Shown here: positions 9,519-18,886 of the stretch, piece after piece
Layout of the letters: each line of letters starts with the position of its first letter
Numbering within the stretch: position 1 is the stretch's first letter
Assembly (NCBI GenBank): GCA_039930765.1
Contig: JBDTTF010000285.1
Coordinates: 2,869-66,868, forward strand
DNA length: 64,000 bases
Direction of reading: 5' to 3'
From: Gemmatimonadota bacterium
GTDB lineage: Bacteria > Gemmatimonadota > Gemmatimonadetes > Gemmatimonadales > GWC2-71-9
Position numbers and translations under genes: made by a program
The notes under the pieces: generated by a model
Seen by the model: only the letters and a program-made list of their open reading frames with translations
What the model was told of the DNA's origin: nothing
Databases searched by the model: none

Positions 9519-10403
9519 ATGCCTCCCATCTCCCCTGAAATCCTGAAGCAGGTTCGGGCCATCGAGCTCCGCACCCGCGGCGTGGTCTCGACGCTGTTCG
9601 CGGGCGAGTACCGCTCGGTATTCCGGGGGCAGGGAATGGAGTTCGCCGAGGTCAGGGCCTATCAGCATGGCGACGATTTCCGCCACATCGACTGGAATGT
9701 CTCGGCCCGGTCCCTGGCCCCATACGTCAAGACCTTCACCGAGGAGCGTGAGCTGACGGTCATGCTGCTCGTCGACCAGTCGGGCTCGACCAAGTTCGGC
9801 CAGCCGCGGACCAAGGCGGCGCTGGCCATCGAGGTGGCCGCGGTGCTGGCACTGGCGGCCGCCCGGCAGAACGACCGGGTCGGGGCTCTGCTGTTCACCG
9901 ATGCAGTCGAGAAAGTCATTCCCCCGGCCAAGGGCCGGCGGCACGCCCTGCGGGTCATCCGGGATCTGCTGGCCTTTGAACCGGCGGGGAAGCGTACCGA
10001 CCTCGAGGCAGGACTGCGTTACGCCGCCCAACTGCTGGTGCATCAGAGCATCGTGGTGGTGGTGTCCGACTTCCTGGCGACTGGCTGGGAGCCGGCGCTC
10101 CGACGGCTGGCGGCGGCCCATGATGTCGTGGCCATCGCGGTCGATGATCCGCGAGAGCGGCGGCTGCCCGAGGCCGGGTGGATCGAACTCGAGGATGCCG
10201 AGAGTGGTTCGAGGGTGGTGGTCGACACCTCGAACCGGGCGGTGCGGATCGCGCTGTCGGCCGAGTACGACCGGCGCCGCGGTGAACGCAACCGGATCCT
10301 GGCCGCGCTCGGCGTCGATACCGTAGCGCTGGACACCGCGGAGGACTACGCGCGTCCGCTGCGCCAGGCCTTTGCCCGCCGGGCGCGCCGGCTCCGGCGT
10401 TGA
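9519..10403 (+). CDS. DUF58 family protein (MoxR-associated)
   Basis: GEYRSVFRGQGMEFAEVRAY..GDD.R.IDWNVSAR, FTEEREL, DQSGS. Confidence 0.93.
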   Translation: MPPISPEILKQVRAIELRTRGVVSTLFAGEYRSVFRGQGMEFAEVRAYQHGDDFRHIDWNVSARSLAPYVKTFTEERELTVMLLVDQSGSTKFGQPRTKAALAIEVAAVLALAAARQNDRVGALLFTDAVEKVIPPAKGRRHALRVIRDLLAFEPAGKRTDLEAGLRYAAQLLVHQSIVVVVSDFLATGWEPALRRLAAAHDVVAIAVDDPRERRLPEAGWIELEDAESGSRVVVDTSNRAVRIALSAEYDRRRGERNRILAALGVDTVALDTAEDYARPLRQAFARRARRLRR

Positions 10404-11188
10404 TCCGGCAGACACCAGCTTCCGGGCCGACAGTCGGCGACACGATATGGGTCACCCGGGCCGTCTCGGTCCCGGCCGGATACGCGGTGCGCCCCAACGG
10501 CTGGACGCTCACCGGAGCGGTCGAACTGCTGGGGCAGCCCACCGTCGAGCGGGTGGGGGACAGTACGATGGTGCGCTATCCGCTGGTGGCGTGGGATCCA
10601 GGGTCGCACACCGTGAGCGTGCCCGGCCCGATTCTCATCGCACCTGGTGGCGCCGAGGACACGCTGCCAGCCCAGTCGATGACGCTGGTGATCCATAGCG
10701 TCCTGCCACCTGGAGTTCCCGATTCGGCCATCCAGATCCAGCCCGGAGCCGGCGTGGTCTTGCGAGGTGAGGCCACGCCCTGGCCCCTGGCTATCGGTCT
10801 ACTGGTGGTGACCCTGCTGGTGCTGGCAATGCGCTGGTGGCGTTCCCGAGCCGGCCGAATCCTGGTTTTGCCAGAGGTGGCACCCCCGGTGGGCCCGTTG
10901 CCGTATGAGGCATGGCATCTGAGCGGTGAGGATCGGGCACTGGTGGCGACTTCAAGCCAGGCTCTGCGGCAGCGGATTGCGGAGCTCTGCGGCGCGGCCG
11001 GCATCGAACTTCCTGCCCAACAGCTGGTGACAACCTTGAATCACGAGCGGCCAAAGTGGCCGCTCACCGACCTTCAGCAGCTGCTCAGCGATCTGGACAC
11101 CGCGCGGTTCGCCGCCAGTGAGAGCGATGCCCTGGCCCTGGCCCGCCGAGCCACCGAGATCCAGACTCGATTGACTGGGCCCGGATGA
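10400..11188 (+). CDS. Hypothetical Bat-cluster membrane protein (single TM)
   Basis: TTGA overlap start, beta-rich N-terminus, one TM segment; sits between DUF58 and BatA as in Bat operons. Confidence 0.7.
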   Translation: MIRQTPASGPTVGDTIWVTRAVSVPAGYAVRPNGWTLTGAVELLGQPTVERVGDSTMVRYPLVAWDPGSHTVSVPGPILIAPGGAEDTLPAQSMTLVIHSVLPPGVPDSAIQIQPGAGVVLRGEATPWPLAIGLLVVTLLVLAMRWWRSRAGRILVLPEVAPPVGPLPYEAWHLSGEDRALVATSSQALRQRIAELCGAAGIELPAQQLVTTLNHERPKWPLTDLQQLLSDLDTARFAASESDALALARRATEIQTRLTGPG

Positions 11189-12159
11189 GCTTTGCCCGGC
11201 CGTGGCTGTTGCCGCTCCTGCTGCTGCTGCCACTCTGGTGGTGGTGGGAGCGCCGCCGCACCCCGGCTGGCGCGTCGTACAGCGATGTCTCGCTGCTGGC
11301 TCGCTTGCCCCGGCCCTCCCCGTTGCTGCGGGTGCCGTTCGTCTGCCGCGGCATTGCAATCGCGGCATGGATCCTCGCCGCCGCCGGACCGCGCACCGGA
11401 GGCGGGACGGTCGAGGTCAAGAAGGAAGGGATCGCGATCGTCATCTGCATCGACCTGTCGAGCAGCATGCTGGCCGAAGATTTTGCGCCGTCCAACCGTC
11501 TTGAAGTCGCCAAGGCCCAGGCCATCTCGTTCATCCAGGGGCGCGAGGCCGACCGGATCGGGCTGGTGGCCTTTGCCGGTGAGGCGCTGACTCAGGTCCC
11601 GATCACGGCGGACTACGCGGTGCTCGAGCGGGCGGTGCACGAACTGCGGATCGGTATCCTCGAGGACGGCACGGCCATCGGCAGCGGGCTGGCCACCGCG
11701 GTGAATCGGCTGCGGCGGGCGGAGGGCAAGTCGAAGGTGGTGCTGCTGCTCACCGATGGCGTGAACAACCGTGGCAACATTGATCCGCGCACCGCGGCGG
11801 CTGCCGCCAAGTCGCTGGGCATCAAGGTCTACACCATCGGCGTCGGCACCGAGGGCGAGGCGCCGATCCCGACCGGTCGCGGTCCCGGTGGCTATCGGTA
11901 CGAAGTGCTGCCGGTCGAGATCGATGACAGCCTGCTGACCGAGATTGCCCGGACGACGGGCGGACGATACTTCAGGGCCAAGGACAGCGAGGCACTGTCC
12001 CGGATCTTCAAGCAGATCGACGGGCTCGAGAAGACCCCGGTCGAAATCGTGCGCTACACCAATTACAACGAGCTGGTCCCGCCGTTCATCATCATCGGGC
12101 TGCTGGCGCTTGGCCTCGAAGTGCTGCTCAGTGGCACCCTGGTCGTGCGGGTCCCATGA
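11185..12159 (+). CDS. batA: BatA-like VWA domain membrane protein
   Basis: N-terminal F..PW.L motif, ALAGP-like segment, MIDAS DLSSSM, DRIGLVAFAG, GTAIG, LTDGVNN, C-terminal TM. Confidence 0.88.
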   Translation: MSFARPWLLPLLLLLPLWWWWERRRTPAGASYSDVSLLARLPRPSPLLRVPFVCRGIAIAAWILAAAGPRTGGGTVEVKKEGIAIVICIDLSSSMLAEDFAPSNRLEVAKAQAISFIQGREADRIGLVAFAGEALTQVPITADYAVLERAVHELRIGILEDGTAIGSGLATAVNRLRRAEGKSKVVLLLTDGVNNRGNIDPRTAAAAAKSLGIKVYTIGVGTEGEAPIPTGRGPGGYRYEVLPVEIDDSLLTEIARTTGGRYFRAKDSEALSRIFKQIDGLEKTPVEIVRYTNYNELVPPFIIIGLLALGLEVLLSGTLVVRVP

Positions 12160-13784
12160 TCGGGCCGGTGTTCGATTCGCCCCGACTGCTGTATCTCGCA
12201 CCGGTCCTCGGTGTGGCGCTCGGCGCCCTGGCCTGGTTGGCGCGGCGGAAGCGGCTGCGGCGGACCCGGGCCTGGGAACCGGCCCTGGCCAAGGCCTCCG
12301 CCCGCCGCGGGCGCATGGGTCCGATCCTGCTCGGGTTGGCGGCGCTGGCCGCTGGTGTGGCCCTGGCCGGACCGCGCGGAGGACGAGCCCAGGTGACGTC
12401 CGCCACCCAGGCGCTCAACGTGGTCTTCGCGGTCGACATCAGCCGCTCAATGCTGGCGGAGGACGTGGTGCCAAGCCGGCTGGGACGGTCGGTGCGCGAG
12501 GTGCGCCGGCTGGTGCACGATCTCCAGGGCGACCGGATGGGCCTCGTGGCCTTTGCCGGCAAGAGTTTCATCCTCACGCCGCTCACGGTCGATGGCGGCG
12601 CCATCGAGTTGTACCTCGACGGGCTCGACCCTGACCTGGTGAGCGAAGGTGGGACCCGACTGGCTCCGGTCCTGGCGCAGGGAAGGGAACTGCTGAGCGC
12701 CACCAGCGATGGGGCTGACCGGGTGCTGGTGGTGTTCACCGACGCGGAGCTGCACGATTCGCTGGACCAGGCGGTCAGTATGGCCAGGAAGCTCAACGAT
12801 GACGGAATCCATCTGGTCCTGGTTGGCGAAGGACTCAACACCCCGGTGCGCATCCCGGTTCGCGACAGCTCCGGCCGGCTGCTCGAATACCAGAAGGATG
12901 ATGATGGCGTGGTCATCCAGACTGCCCGGAACGATTCAGCGCTGCAGCAGCTGGCCGATGCCGCCGAAGGCACGGTGGTGTCCGCGGCGCTGCCCGACCA
13001 GGCCGGAGCGGTTCGGGACCTGCTGGCCGTCTTCAAGCGGAGCAACCAGCGTTCGACCGCCAGTGCCACGATGCTGCCGAGGGCCTGGATTCCAATGCTG
13101 ATCGCCATCCTGTTCCTGGTCATCCAGACCTTTCGACGGCGCAGCGCGGCCCTGATCGGCCTGGCCGGATTGCTGCTGGCCGGACGGGCCGAGGCCCAGC
13201 GGCCCTCCGAAGCCGACCAGCAGCTGCGGCGCGGCCAGGCGGCCGACGCGGCCAGGCGATATCTCGCTGAGGCCAAGGCCGGGCAGGCGCCTGACACCGC
13301 GTACTACAATGCCGGGACGGCCTCGCTGGCGGCCGGTCAGCTCGATGCGGCGCGCAAGGCGCTCGATGAAGCATCCAAGTCCCGGGATCCCGCCCTTCGC
13401 TACCGAGCGCTGTACAACCTCGGCGTGCTGAGCCTTGCCGCATCGCGGGCCGACCCGGCCAAGAAGGACCAGCACCTGCAGGAGGCCGCGCAATCGCTGC
13501 AGGATGCGCTGCTGATCGCGCCGACCTCGGCGCGGGCCAAATGGAATCTGGAGCTGGCCCGCCAGAACCAGCCGCCGCCGCCTCAGAACGGCAATTCAAA
13601 GAATCCGCCTCCGCCGCCACCCAAGAGTGGTGGAACGCCACCACCGCAGCCGCCCAAGCAGTCGGACCTGTCCCGTTCGCAGGCTGAACAGATTCTCAAT
13701 TCAGTCGAGCATGAAGAGGGGCTGACCCGGAACCGCCACGCCGCGCGGCCGCGGCCGGGTGCGCCGAGGATCCTCGACTGGTGA
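12156..13784 (+). CDS. batB: BatB-like VWA domain fused to BatC-like TPR region
   Basis: DISRSMLAEDVVPSRL, DRMGLVAFAG; then TPR YYNAGT/YNLG, AKWNLELA, Pro-rich linker and terminal DW as in BatC. Confidence 0.82.
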   Translation: MIGPVFDSPRLLYLAPVLGVALGALAWLARRKRLRRTRAWEPALAKASARRGRMGPILLGLAALAAGVALAGPRGGRAQVTSATQALNVVFAVDISRSMLAEDVVPSRLGRSVREVRRLVHDLQGDRMGLVAFAGKSFILTPLTVDGGAIELYLDGLDPDLVSEGGTRLAPVLAQGRELLSATSDGADRVLVVFTDAELHDSLDQAVSMARKLNDDGIHLVLVGEGLNTPVRIPVRDSSGRLLEYQKDDDGVVIQTARNDSALQQLADAAEGTVVSAALPDQAGAVRDLLAVFKRSNQRSTASATMLPRAWIPMLIAILFLVIQTFRRRSAALIGLAGLLLAGRAEAQRPSEADQQLRRGQAADAARRYLAEAKAGQAPDTAYYNAGTASLAAGQLDAARKALDEASKSRDPALRYRALYNLGVLSLAASRADPAKKDQHLQEAAQSLQDALLIAPTSARAKWNLELARQNQPPPPQNGNSKNPPPPPPKSGGTPPPQPPKQSDLSRSQAEQILNSVEHEEGLTRNRHAARPRPGAPRILDW

Positions 13785-16117
13785 TCGCGCTGCTACTGGT
13801 GGCGCTGCTGCAGCAACCCGCGCCGCCCGACGTCAACACCAGCGTTGATCGTGACCACCTGACGGTCGGCGAGGAGCTGACCTTCACGGTCAGGGCATCT
13901 GGCAACTCCGCCGATCCGGTCGAGATCGGGCTGCCACCGATCAAAGGTCTGGAACTGGTGGCCCGGGCCGAACAGACCGAGGTGAGTCCGGGGGCCAGGG
14001 TGGCGCGCGTGGTGGTCATTGCGCTGCGGTTGCGCGCCACCCAGCCGGGCACCTTCCGGCTGGGCCCAATCCAGGTCAGGCAAGGGACCAGCTACGTGCA
14101 GGCGGATGCGCCGACGGTCACGGTCGAATCGAATCCGGGATCAGGATTGGCCGCAGGGCTCAATCCGCGGGTCCGGGGCATCCTCGAACATGCCCCGCCG
14201 CCCAGACTCGATGGTGGTGCCGGACTATCGGTCGTGCTGTCCTCCGATGCGGTGACCGTGGGCGAGCAGGTTGACCTGCTGACTGTGGCCTGGATTCCCC
14301 GGCGGCTCCGGCTCGAGATGCGCCGGCCGCCGACGCTCGATCCGCCGCAGGTCCAGGGTGTCTGGAGTTATCCGCAGCCCGCGCCGTCGGGCATCTCGGC
14401 CAGTCGGCTGCTCGGCGGCGAGTGGTACGACCTGTTCGCGGTCCACCAGCTGATTTTCCCGATCTCTCCCGGCGCGGTAACCATCACGCCGGCCACGCTG
14501 CATTACAGCGTGCCGGTGGCCTTTCAGTTTTTCAGCCAGGAAGAGAACCACACCGTCACCACCGACGCTCGGCGGCTGCAGGTCCGGGACACGCCGTCAC
14601 CGCCACCGGCCGAGTTTACCGGAGCCGTGGCCAGGTCACTGGTGGCGACCCGTGAGTTTTCGCCCGATACCGTGAAGGTCGGCGATCCGGTGCGATTCAC
14701 GGTCACGCTGCGGGGAGAAGGCAACGTGGCGCTCTGGCCGGCACCGCCGCTGCTGTGGCCGGTGGGGGTCCGGGTCTATCCCGACCAGGTCGACGATCAC
14801 ACCGGGCTCACGGATGGTCGCCTCACCGGCGAAAAGAAATTTCACTATCTGGTGGTGCCTGACTCCAGTGGCCGACTGATCGTGCCACCGCTGCGCTACG
14901 GCTTCTTCAATTCGGCCTCGGCGTCCTATGAAGTCGCAGGTGCGGCCGGCCAGGTCCTGCCGGTGCAGCCCGGCTCCGAGGCAGCGTTGGCCAGGGTGTC
15001 GCCGCCGCCGCTGCTGCCCGGCAATAGTCTCCCGGCGGCGTGGCAGGCACTGCATCAGACTCCGGTCTGGGCCTTTGCGCTGCTGCTCCTGCTGCCACCG
15101 CTGCTCGCGGTGCTGAGTGCCCGGCTGTCCCATCGGCGGCACGCCGCGGTCACGAGTCCTGCCCAGGCGGACGGGTTGCCAGCGGCGGAGCGGCGGCTGC
15201 TGGAGGCACTCGCTCCCCTGGTGCCGGCTCCGGCGGAACTCGACGGGCCGGCGCTGGCCAGGGCGCTCCGCGCAGCCGGTGTAGCGGAAGGCGATATCAC
15301 CGAGATCGTGGGGTTAAGGGAAGGGTTGCAATACGCTCGCTTCGGCGGCGTCGGCGAGCTCAAGCGGCATGCGCTGGTCGAGCAGGCCAGCAGGCTCACG
15401 ACCCGGCTGCGCGGAGAGGGAACGGCCAGTCGCAGGCGGCCGGGACTGCTTCCGCTGCTGCCCGTGCTTCTCCTGATCTTGCCGATCGGTCTGCAGGCCC
15501 AGGCCCCCAAGCCCGAGGAGTTGTACGAGGCGGGCGCACTCCGGGCCGCCGCCCTGGGATTTGTCGCCCGGACCGAGCAGCAGCCTTCCAGTGCGGCCAA
15601 CTGGTACAACCTCGGCGCCACCTGGTTTCGGCTGGGGGACGACGCCAACGCCTCGGCCGCATGGCGGCGGGGGCTCCGGATCGCGCCGCGCAGCCGGCAA
15701 CTGCGCCAGGCCATTCAGCTGGTGCCGCCGCCGACGGATGGCTCCGATCGCTGGCTCAGTGTCTCGCCGGTCACGGTCGAGGAGCTGGCGGCCATCGCAT
15801 TGCTCTGCTGGGTCGTGGGATGGTGCGGTGCCGCGATCCAGCGGCGGATCAGGAGTCGCTGGCTGATTCTGGCCGGTGTCGGGGTGGCGTGCGCGGTCAC
15901 CGCGCTGGTGCAGCAGCGGCGGCAATCGCTGCCGGTCGGGATGATCGTGGCGGATGGTGACGTGACGCTCTCGCCATCCGAGCGGGCACCGGCGGTGGCC
16001 ACGGCGTCCCGGGGCAACGCGGTGCGGATTACCCGGCAGGCAGGCGGCTGGCTGCTGATTGAGGATGCGGCCGGTCATACCGGGTGGCTGCCAGCCGCCC
16101 GGGTCGTACGGCTCTGA
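13781..16117 (+). CDS. batD: BatD-like protein fused to BatE-like TPR/SH3 region
   Basis: SVDR..L.VGE, FTGAV, G.GNV BatD repeats; then WYNLG TPR and C-terminal SH3-like GWL..I....G.TGWLP. Confidence 0.78.
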   Translation: MIALLLVALLQQPAPPDVNTSVDRDHLTVGEELTFTVRASGNSADPVEIGLPPIKGLELVARAEQTEVSPGARVARVVVIALRLRATQPGTFRLGPIQVRQGTSYVQADAPTVTVESNPGSGLAAGLNPRVRGILEHAPPPRLDGGAGLSVVLSSDAVTVGEQVDLLTVAWIPRRLRLEMRRPPTLDPPQVQGVWSYPQPAPSGISASRLLGGEWYDLFAVHQLIFPISPGAVTITPATLHYSVPVAFQFFSQEENHTVTTDARRLQVRDTPSPPPAEFTGAVARSLVATREFSPDTVKVGDPVRFTVTLRGEGNVALWPAPPLLWPVGVRVYPDQVDDHTGLTDGRLTGEKKFHYLVVPDSSGRLIVPPLRYGFFNSASASYEVAGAAGQVLPVQPGSEAALARVSPPPLLPGNSLPAAWQALHQTPVWAFALLLLLPPLLAVLSARLSHRRHAAVTSPAQADGLPAAERRLLEALAPLVPAPAELDGPALARALRAAGVAEGDITEIVGLREGLQYARFGGVGELKRHALVEQASRLTTRLRGEGTASRRRPGLLPLLPVLLLILPIGLQAQAPKPEELYEAGALRAAALGFVARTEQQPSSAANWYNLGATWFRLGDDANASAAWRRGLRIAPRSRQLRQAIQLVPPPTDGSDRWLSVSPVTVEELAAIALLCWVVGWCGAAIQRRIRSRWLILAGVGVACAVTALVQQRRQSLPVGMIVADGDVTLSPSERAPAVATASRGNAVRITRQAGGWLLIEDAAGHTGWLPAARVVRL

Positions 16118-16132
16118 TTTATCTTTGGGCCC

Positions 16133-17863
16133 ATGCCACGCCGAATTGCACTGCTGCCGGATGCTGTTGCCGATCAGATCGCCGCCGGCGAGGTGGTCGA
16201 GCGGCCGGCATCGGTGGTCAAGGAGCTGGCGGAGAATGCCATCGACGCCGAGGCGCGGTTCATCCGGGTGTCGATCGAGGGGGGCGGCAAGACGCTGATC
16301 GAAGTCAGTGATGACGGCCATGGCATGGGCCGGGAGGACGCCATCCTTGCCATGGATCGCCACGCCACCAGCAAGCTCCGGAGTGCCGCCGACCTGGTTG
16401 GGGTGCGGACCTTCGGCTTTCGCGGTGAGGCGCTGCCGGCGATTGCCTCGATATCTCGGTTCGGGCTGACCACCGCTGAAGAGAATGGCACCGGGACCGA
16501 GATCACCGTCACCGGCGGCCGACTCGAAGGGGTGCACGAAACCGCCCGGCAGCGCGGCACCACGGTCCGGGTACGCGGGATCTTTTTCAACACGCCGGCC
16601 CGCCGCAAATTTCTCCGTTCACAGCCATCCGAAACCCGCGCCACAACTGAAGTCGTGGCCACGCTGGCTCTGGCCCATCCATCCGTTGGGTTCGAATTTC
16701 ACGCCGATGAACAGCTCCGGATGCAGGTCCCAGCCGGGCAGACGTCCTCGGAACGGCTGACCGCGGTCTGGGGCCGCGACCTGGCCGGAACGCTGCTGCC
16801 CGCATCGCATGCAGTCGGCGGCACCCGGGTGGAAGGATTCATTCAGCGACCCGGTGACGCGACCCCGACCGGGCGGCGCACCCAGCTGTTCGTCAATGGC
16901 CGGCCATTCCGCGATCCGTTCCTGATCCGGGCGGCCGAGGCGGGGTATCGGTCCGCCATCCATCCCGGCGACCGCCCTTCGATCTTCCTGAATATTCTGG
17001 TCGATGCCGGCGCCGTCGATGTCAATGTGCACCCCGCCAAGCTCGAGGTAAGGTTCCGCGACCGGATGGAGGTCGAGCGGGCGGTCGAGGAAACCGTGCG
17101 CCAGGCGCTGGGCCCGCTGGCGGCCGCCGCCCCGATTGGTGAGTGGCGCCCAATGCCGGGTGCGCCGCCGGTCTGGCAGGGGAGTGCCCAGGGCGGTGCC
17201 GCGCCAATTTCGCTGGAGCAAGCGGCCGACCTGTTCGCGCCGGAGGCTGAATCGCCGGCGCTGTCCGCTGACGCGCACTCGTTCCAGTCGATTCCGCTGC
17301 CGACTCCGTATCAGCTGTTCGACACCTACCTGGTCTACGAGAACGATGGCAGCCTGATTTTCGTGGACCAGCATTCAGCCCACGAGCGGGTGATCTACGA
17401 GGCAACGATGGCCCGGCTCACCGGGCACGACGCACCAGCCCAGCGGCTGCTGCTGCCGATCACCCTTGAATTGACCGATGAAGAGCTCGATGCGGTCGAA
17501 TCCCATACCCAGGTGCTGCAGCGGGTCGGGTTCGAAGCCGAGGCCTTCGGCGGGCGGACTGTGGTCATTCACGCAGTGCCCACCCCCCACCCCCGGTTCG
17601 ATGCGGTGCGCTGCTTCAAGGAGCTGGTGGCGGACCTGGCCCGCGGCCGGTTTGGCGGGTGGGCCAGTCCACTGGAGCGATTCGCCGCCACCTTTGCCTG
17701 CCGGGCCGCGATCAAGGGCGGTGAACGACTCGATGCCAGCGAGATGCGCGAACTGCTGGCCCGGCTGATGGCCGCGGAGCTTCCGGCTCACGATGTCCAC
17801 GGCCGGGCCACCATCGTCCAGCTTCCCCGCGAGGAACTGGAGCGCCGGTTTGGCCGTAGATAG
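16133..17863 (+). CDS. mutL: DNA mismatch repair endonuclease MutL
   Basis: IAAGEVVERPASVVKEL.EN, GFRGEAL, DVNVHPAKLEVRF, DQHSAHERV.YE, QRLLLP, ACR. Confidence 0.96.
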   Translation: MPRRIALLPDAVADQIAAGEVVERPASVVKELAENAIDAEARFIRVSIEGGGKTLIEVSDDGHGMGREDAILAMDRHATSKLRSAADLVGVRTFGFRGEALPAIASISRFGLTTAEENGTGTEITVTGGRLEGVHETARQRGTTVRVRGIFFNTPARRKFLRSQPSETRATTEVVATLALAHPSVGFEFHADEQLRMQVPAGQTSSERLTAVWGRDLAGTLLPASHAVGGTRVEGFIQRPGDATPTGRRTQLFVNGRPFRDPFLIRAAEAGYRSAIHPGDRPSIFLNILVDAGAVDVNVHPAKLEVRFRDRMEVERAVEETVRQALGPLAAAAPIGEWRPMPGAPPVWQGSAQGGAAPISLEQAADLFAPEAESPALSADAHSFQSIPLPTPYQLFDTYLVYENDGSLIFVDQHSAHERVIYEATMARLTGHDAPAQRLLLPITLELTDEELDAVESHTQVLQRVGFEAEAFGGRTVVIHAVPTPHPRFDAVRCFKELVADLARGRFGGWASPLERFAATFACRAAIKGGERLDASEMRELLARLMAAELPAHDVHGRATIVQLPREELERRFGRR

Positions 17864-18779
17864 GGTCCCGGTACTCGTCGGGCCGACCGGCATCGGCAAG
17901 ACGGCGGTGGCCTGCGCCCTGAGTGGGCACTGGGATCTGGAAATTGTCTCGGCCGATTCCCGCCAGGTGTATCGAAGGCTCGACATCGGTACCGCCAAGC
18001 CGACGCGCGAATGGCGGGACCGGATTCCGCATCACGGCCTCGACCTGGTCGATCCCGGTGAGCGCTACAGTGCCGGTCGCTTTGCCCGTGACGCGACTCG
18101 CTGGATTGAGGGAATCAGGGCTCGCGGCCGGCAGCCGGTCGTGGTGGGCGGAACCGGACTCTACATTCGAGCGCTGTGTGAGGGATTGTTCGCCGAACCA
18201 CCGCTCGATTCGGCACGCCGCAGGCAGTTGTCAGCGTGGACCTCCGAGCTCTCGGTCCCTGAGCTGATTCGCTGGGCCGCCCGGCTCGACGCAGGATTTG
18301 CCGGCGGTGGCCGGCAGCGGGCGGAACGCGCCATCGAAGTGGCGCTGCTCACCGGACGGCCGCTCAGCTTCTGGCAGGCCAATGCACGGAAGGTCGGCAC
18401 CGTCAAACCGTGGTACGTTGTGCTGAATGCGCCTCGGCCGGTGCTGCACCAGCGGATCGAAGCCCGGGCCCGCGACATGGTACAGCACGGGATGATCGAA
18501 GAAGTGGCCGCGGTCCTGGCCGAGGAAGGGTTGACCCCGAACGCGGCGGGGCTGGATGCCATCGGCATGCGCGAAGCGGTGGACTACCTTCAGGGTCGCC
18601 GCACCCGGGAGAGCATTCCCGAGGCGATTTCACTCAGCACCCGCCAGTATGCCAAGCGGCAGAGCACCTGGTTTCGGCATCAGCTCGAGGGCACGGTACT
18701 GGCACTGGATGCCACGCGATCGCCGGAGGCCCTTGCCCAGGAGATTGCGGCTGCCTGGGCGCTGGCCATTGGCCGGTAG
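17850..18779 (+). CDS. miaA: tRNA dimethylallyltransferase
   Basis: GPTGIGKT, SADSRQVYRRLDIGTAKP, VGGTGLY, TRQYAKRQ.TWF. TTG start inferred at 17850. Confidence 0.95.
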   Translation: MAVDRVPVLVGPTGIGKTAVACALSGHWDLEIVSADSRQVYRRLDIGTAKPTREWRDRIPHHGLDLVDPGERYSAGRFARDATRWIEGIRARGRQPVVVGGTGLYIRALCEGLFAEPPLDSARRRQLSAWTSELSVPELIRWAARLDAGFAGGGRQRAERAIEVALLTGRPLSFWQANARKVGTVKPWYVVLNAPRPVLHQRIEARARDMVQHGMIEEVAAVLAEEGLTPNAAGLDAIGMREAVDYLQGRRTRESIPEAISLSTRQYAKRQSTWFRHQLEGTVLALDATRSPEALAQEIAAAWALAIGR

Positions 18780-18872
18780 CTGTTGACCGTTGGCGAGCAA
18801 TTCGACACGAAGGCCAGGGTCCGCCTCAATTTAGTTCGACACCCGTTGGCCAATGGCTAACGGCTCATAGCC
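18764..18872. repeat. Degenerate heptamer-arm inverted-repeat element (RGCCRTT / AAYGGCY)
   Basis: Left GGCCATT GGCCGGT AGCTGTT GACCGTT (18764-18791); right AATGGCT AACGGCT CATAGCC (18852-18872). Confidence 0.65.
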
Positions 18873-18886
18873 AAGGGTTGTATTCC

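Noticed and set aside
13570..13660. CCG-rich repeat-like DNA in batB (and similar in 4490-4545, 28700-28790)
   Set aside because: Explained by Pro-rich protein linkers.
18410..18886. 159-aa N-terminal extension of BshA in the ORF track
   Set aside because: It overlaps miaA and the repeat element; BshA homology begins at MRIGITCYP (18887). The same applies to over-extended starts for scpA, miaA, birA, nuoA/E/F/H/K, sucC, acpP and fabF.
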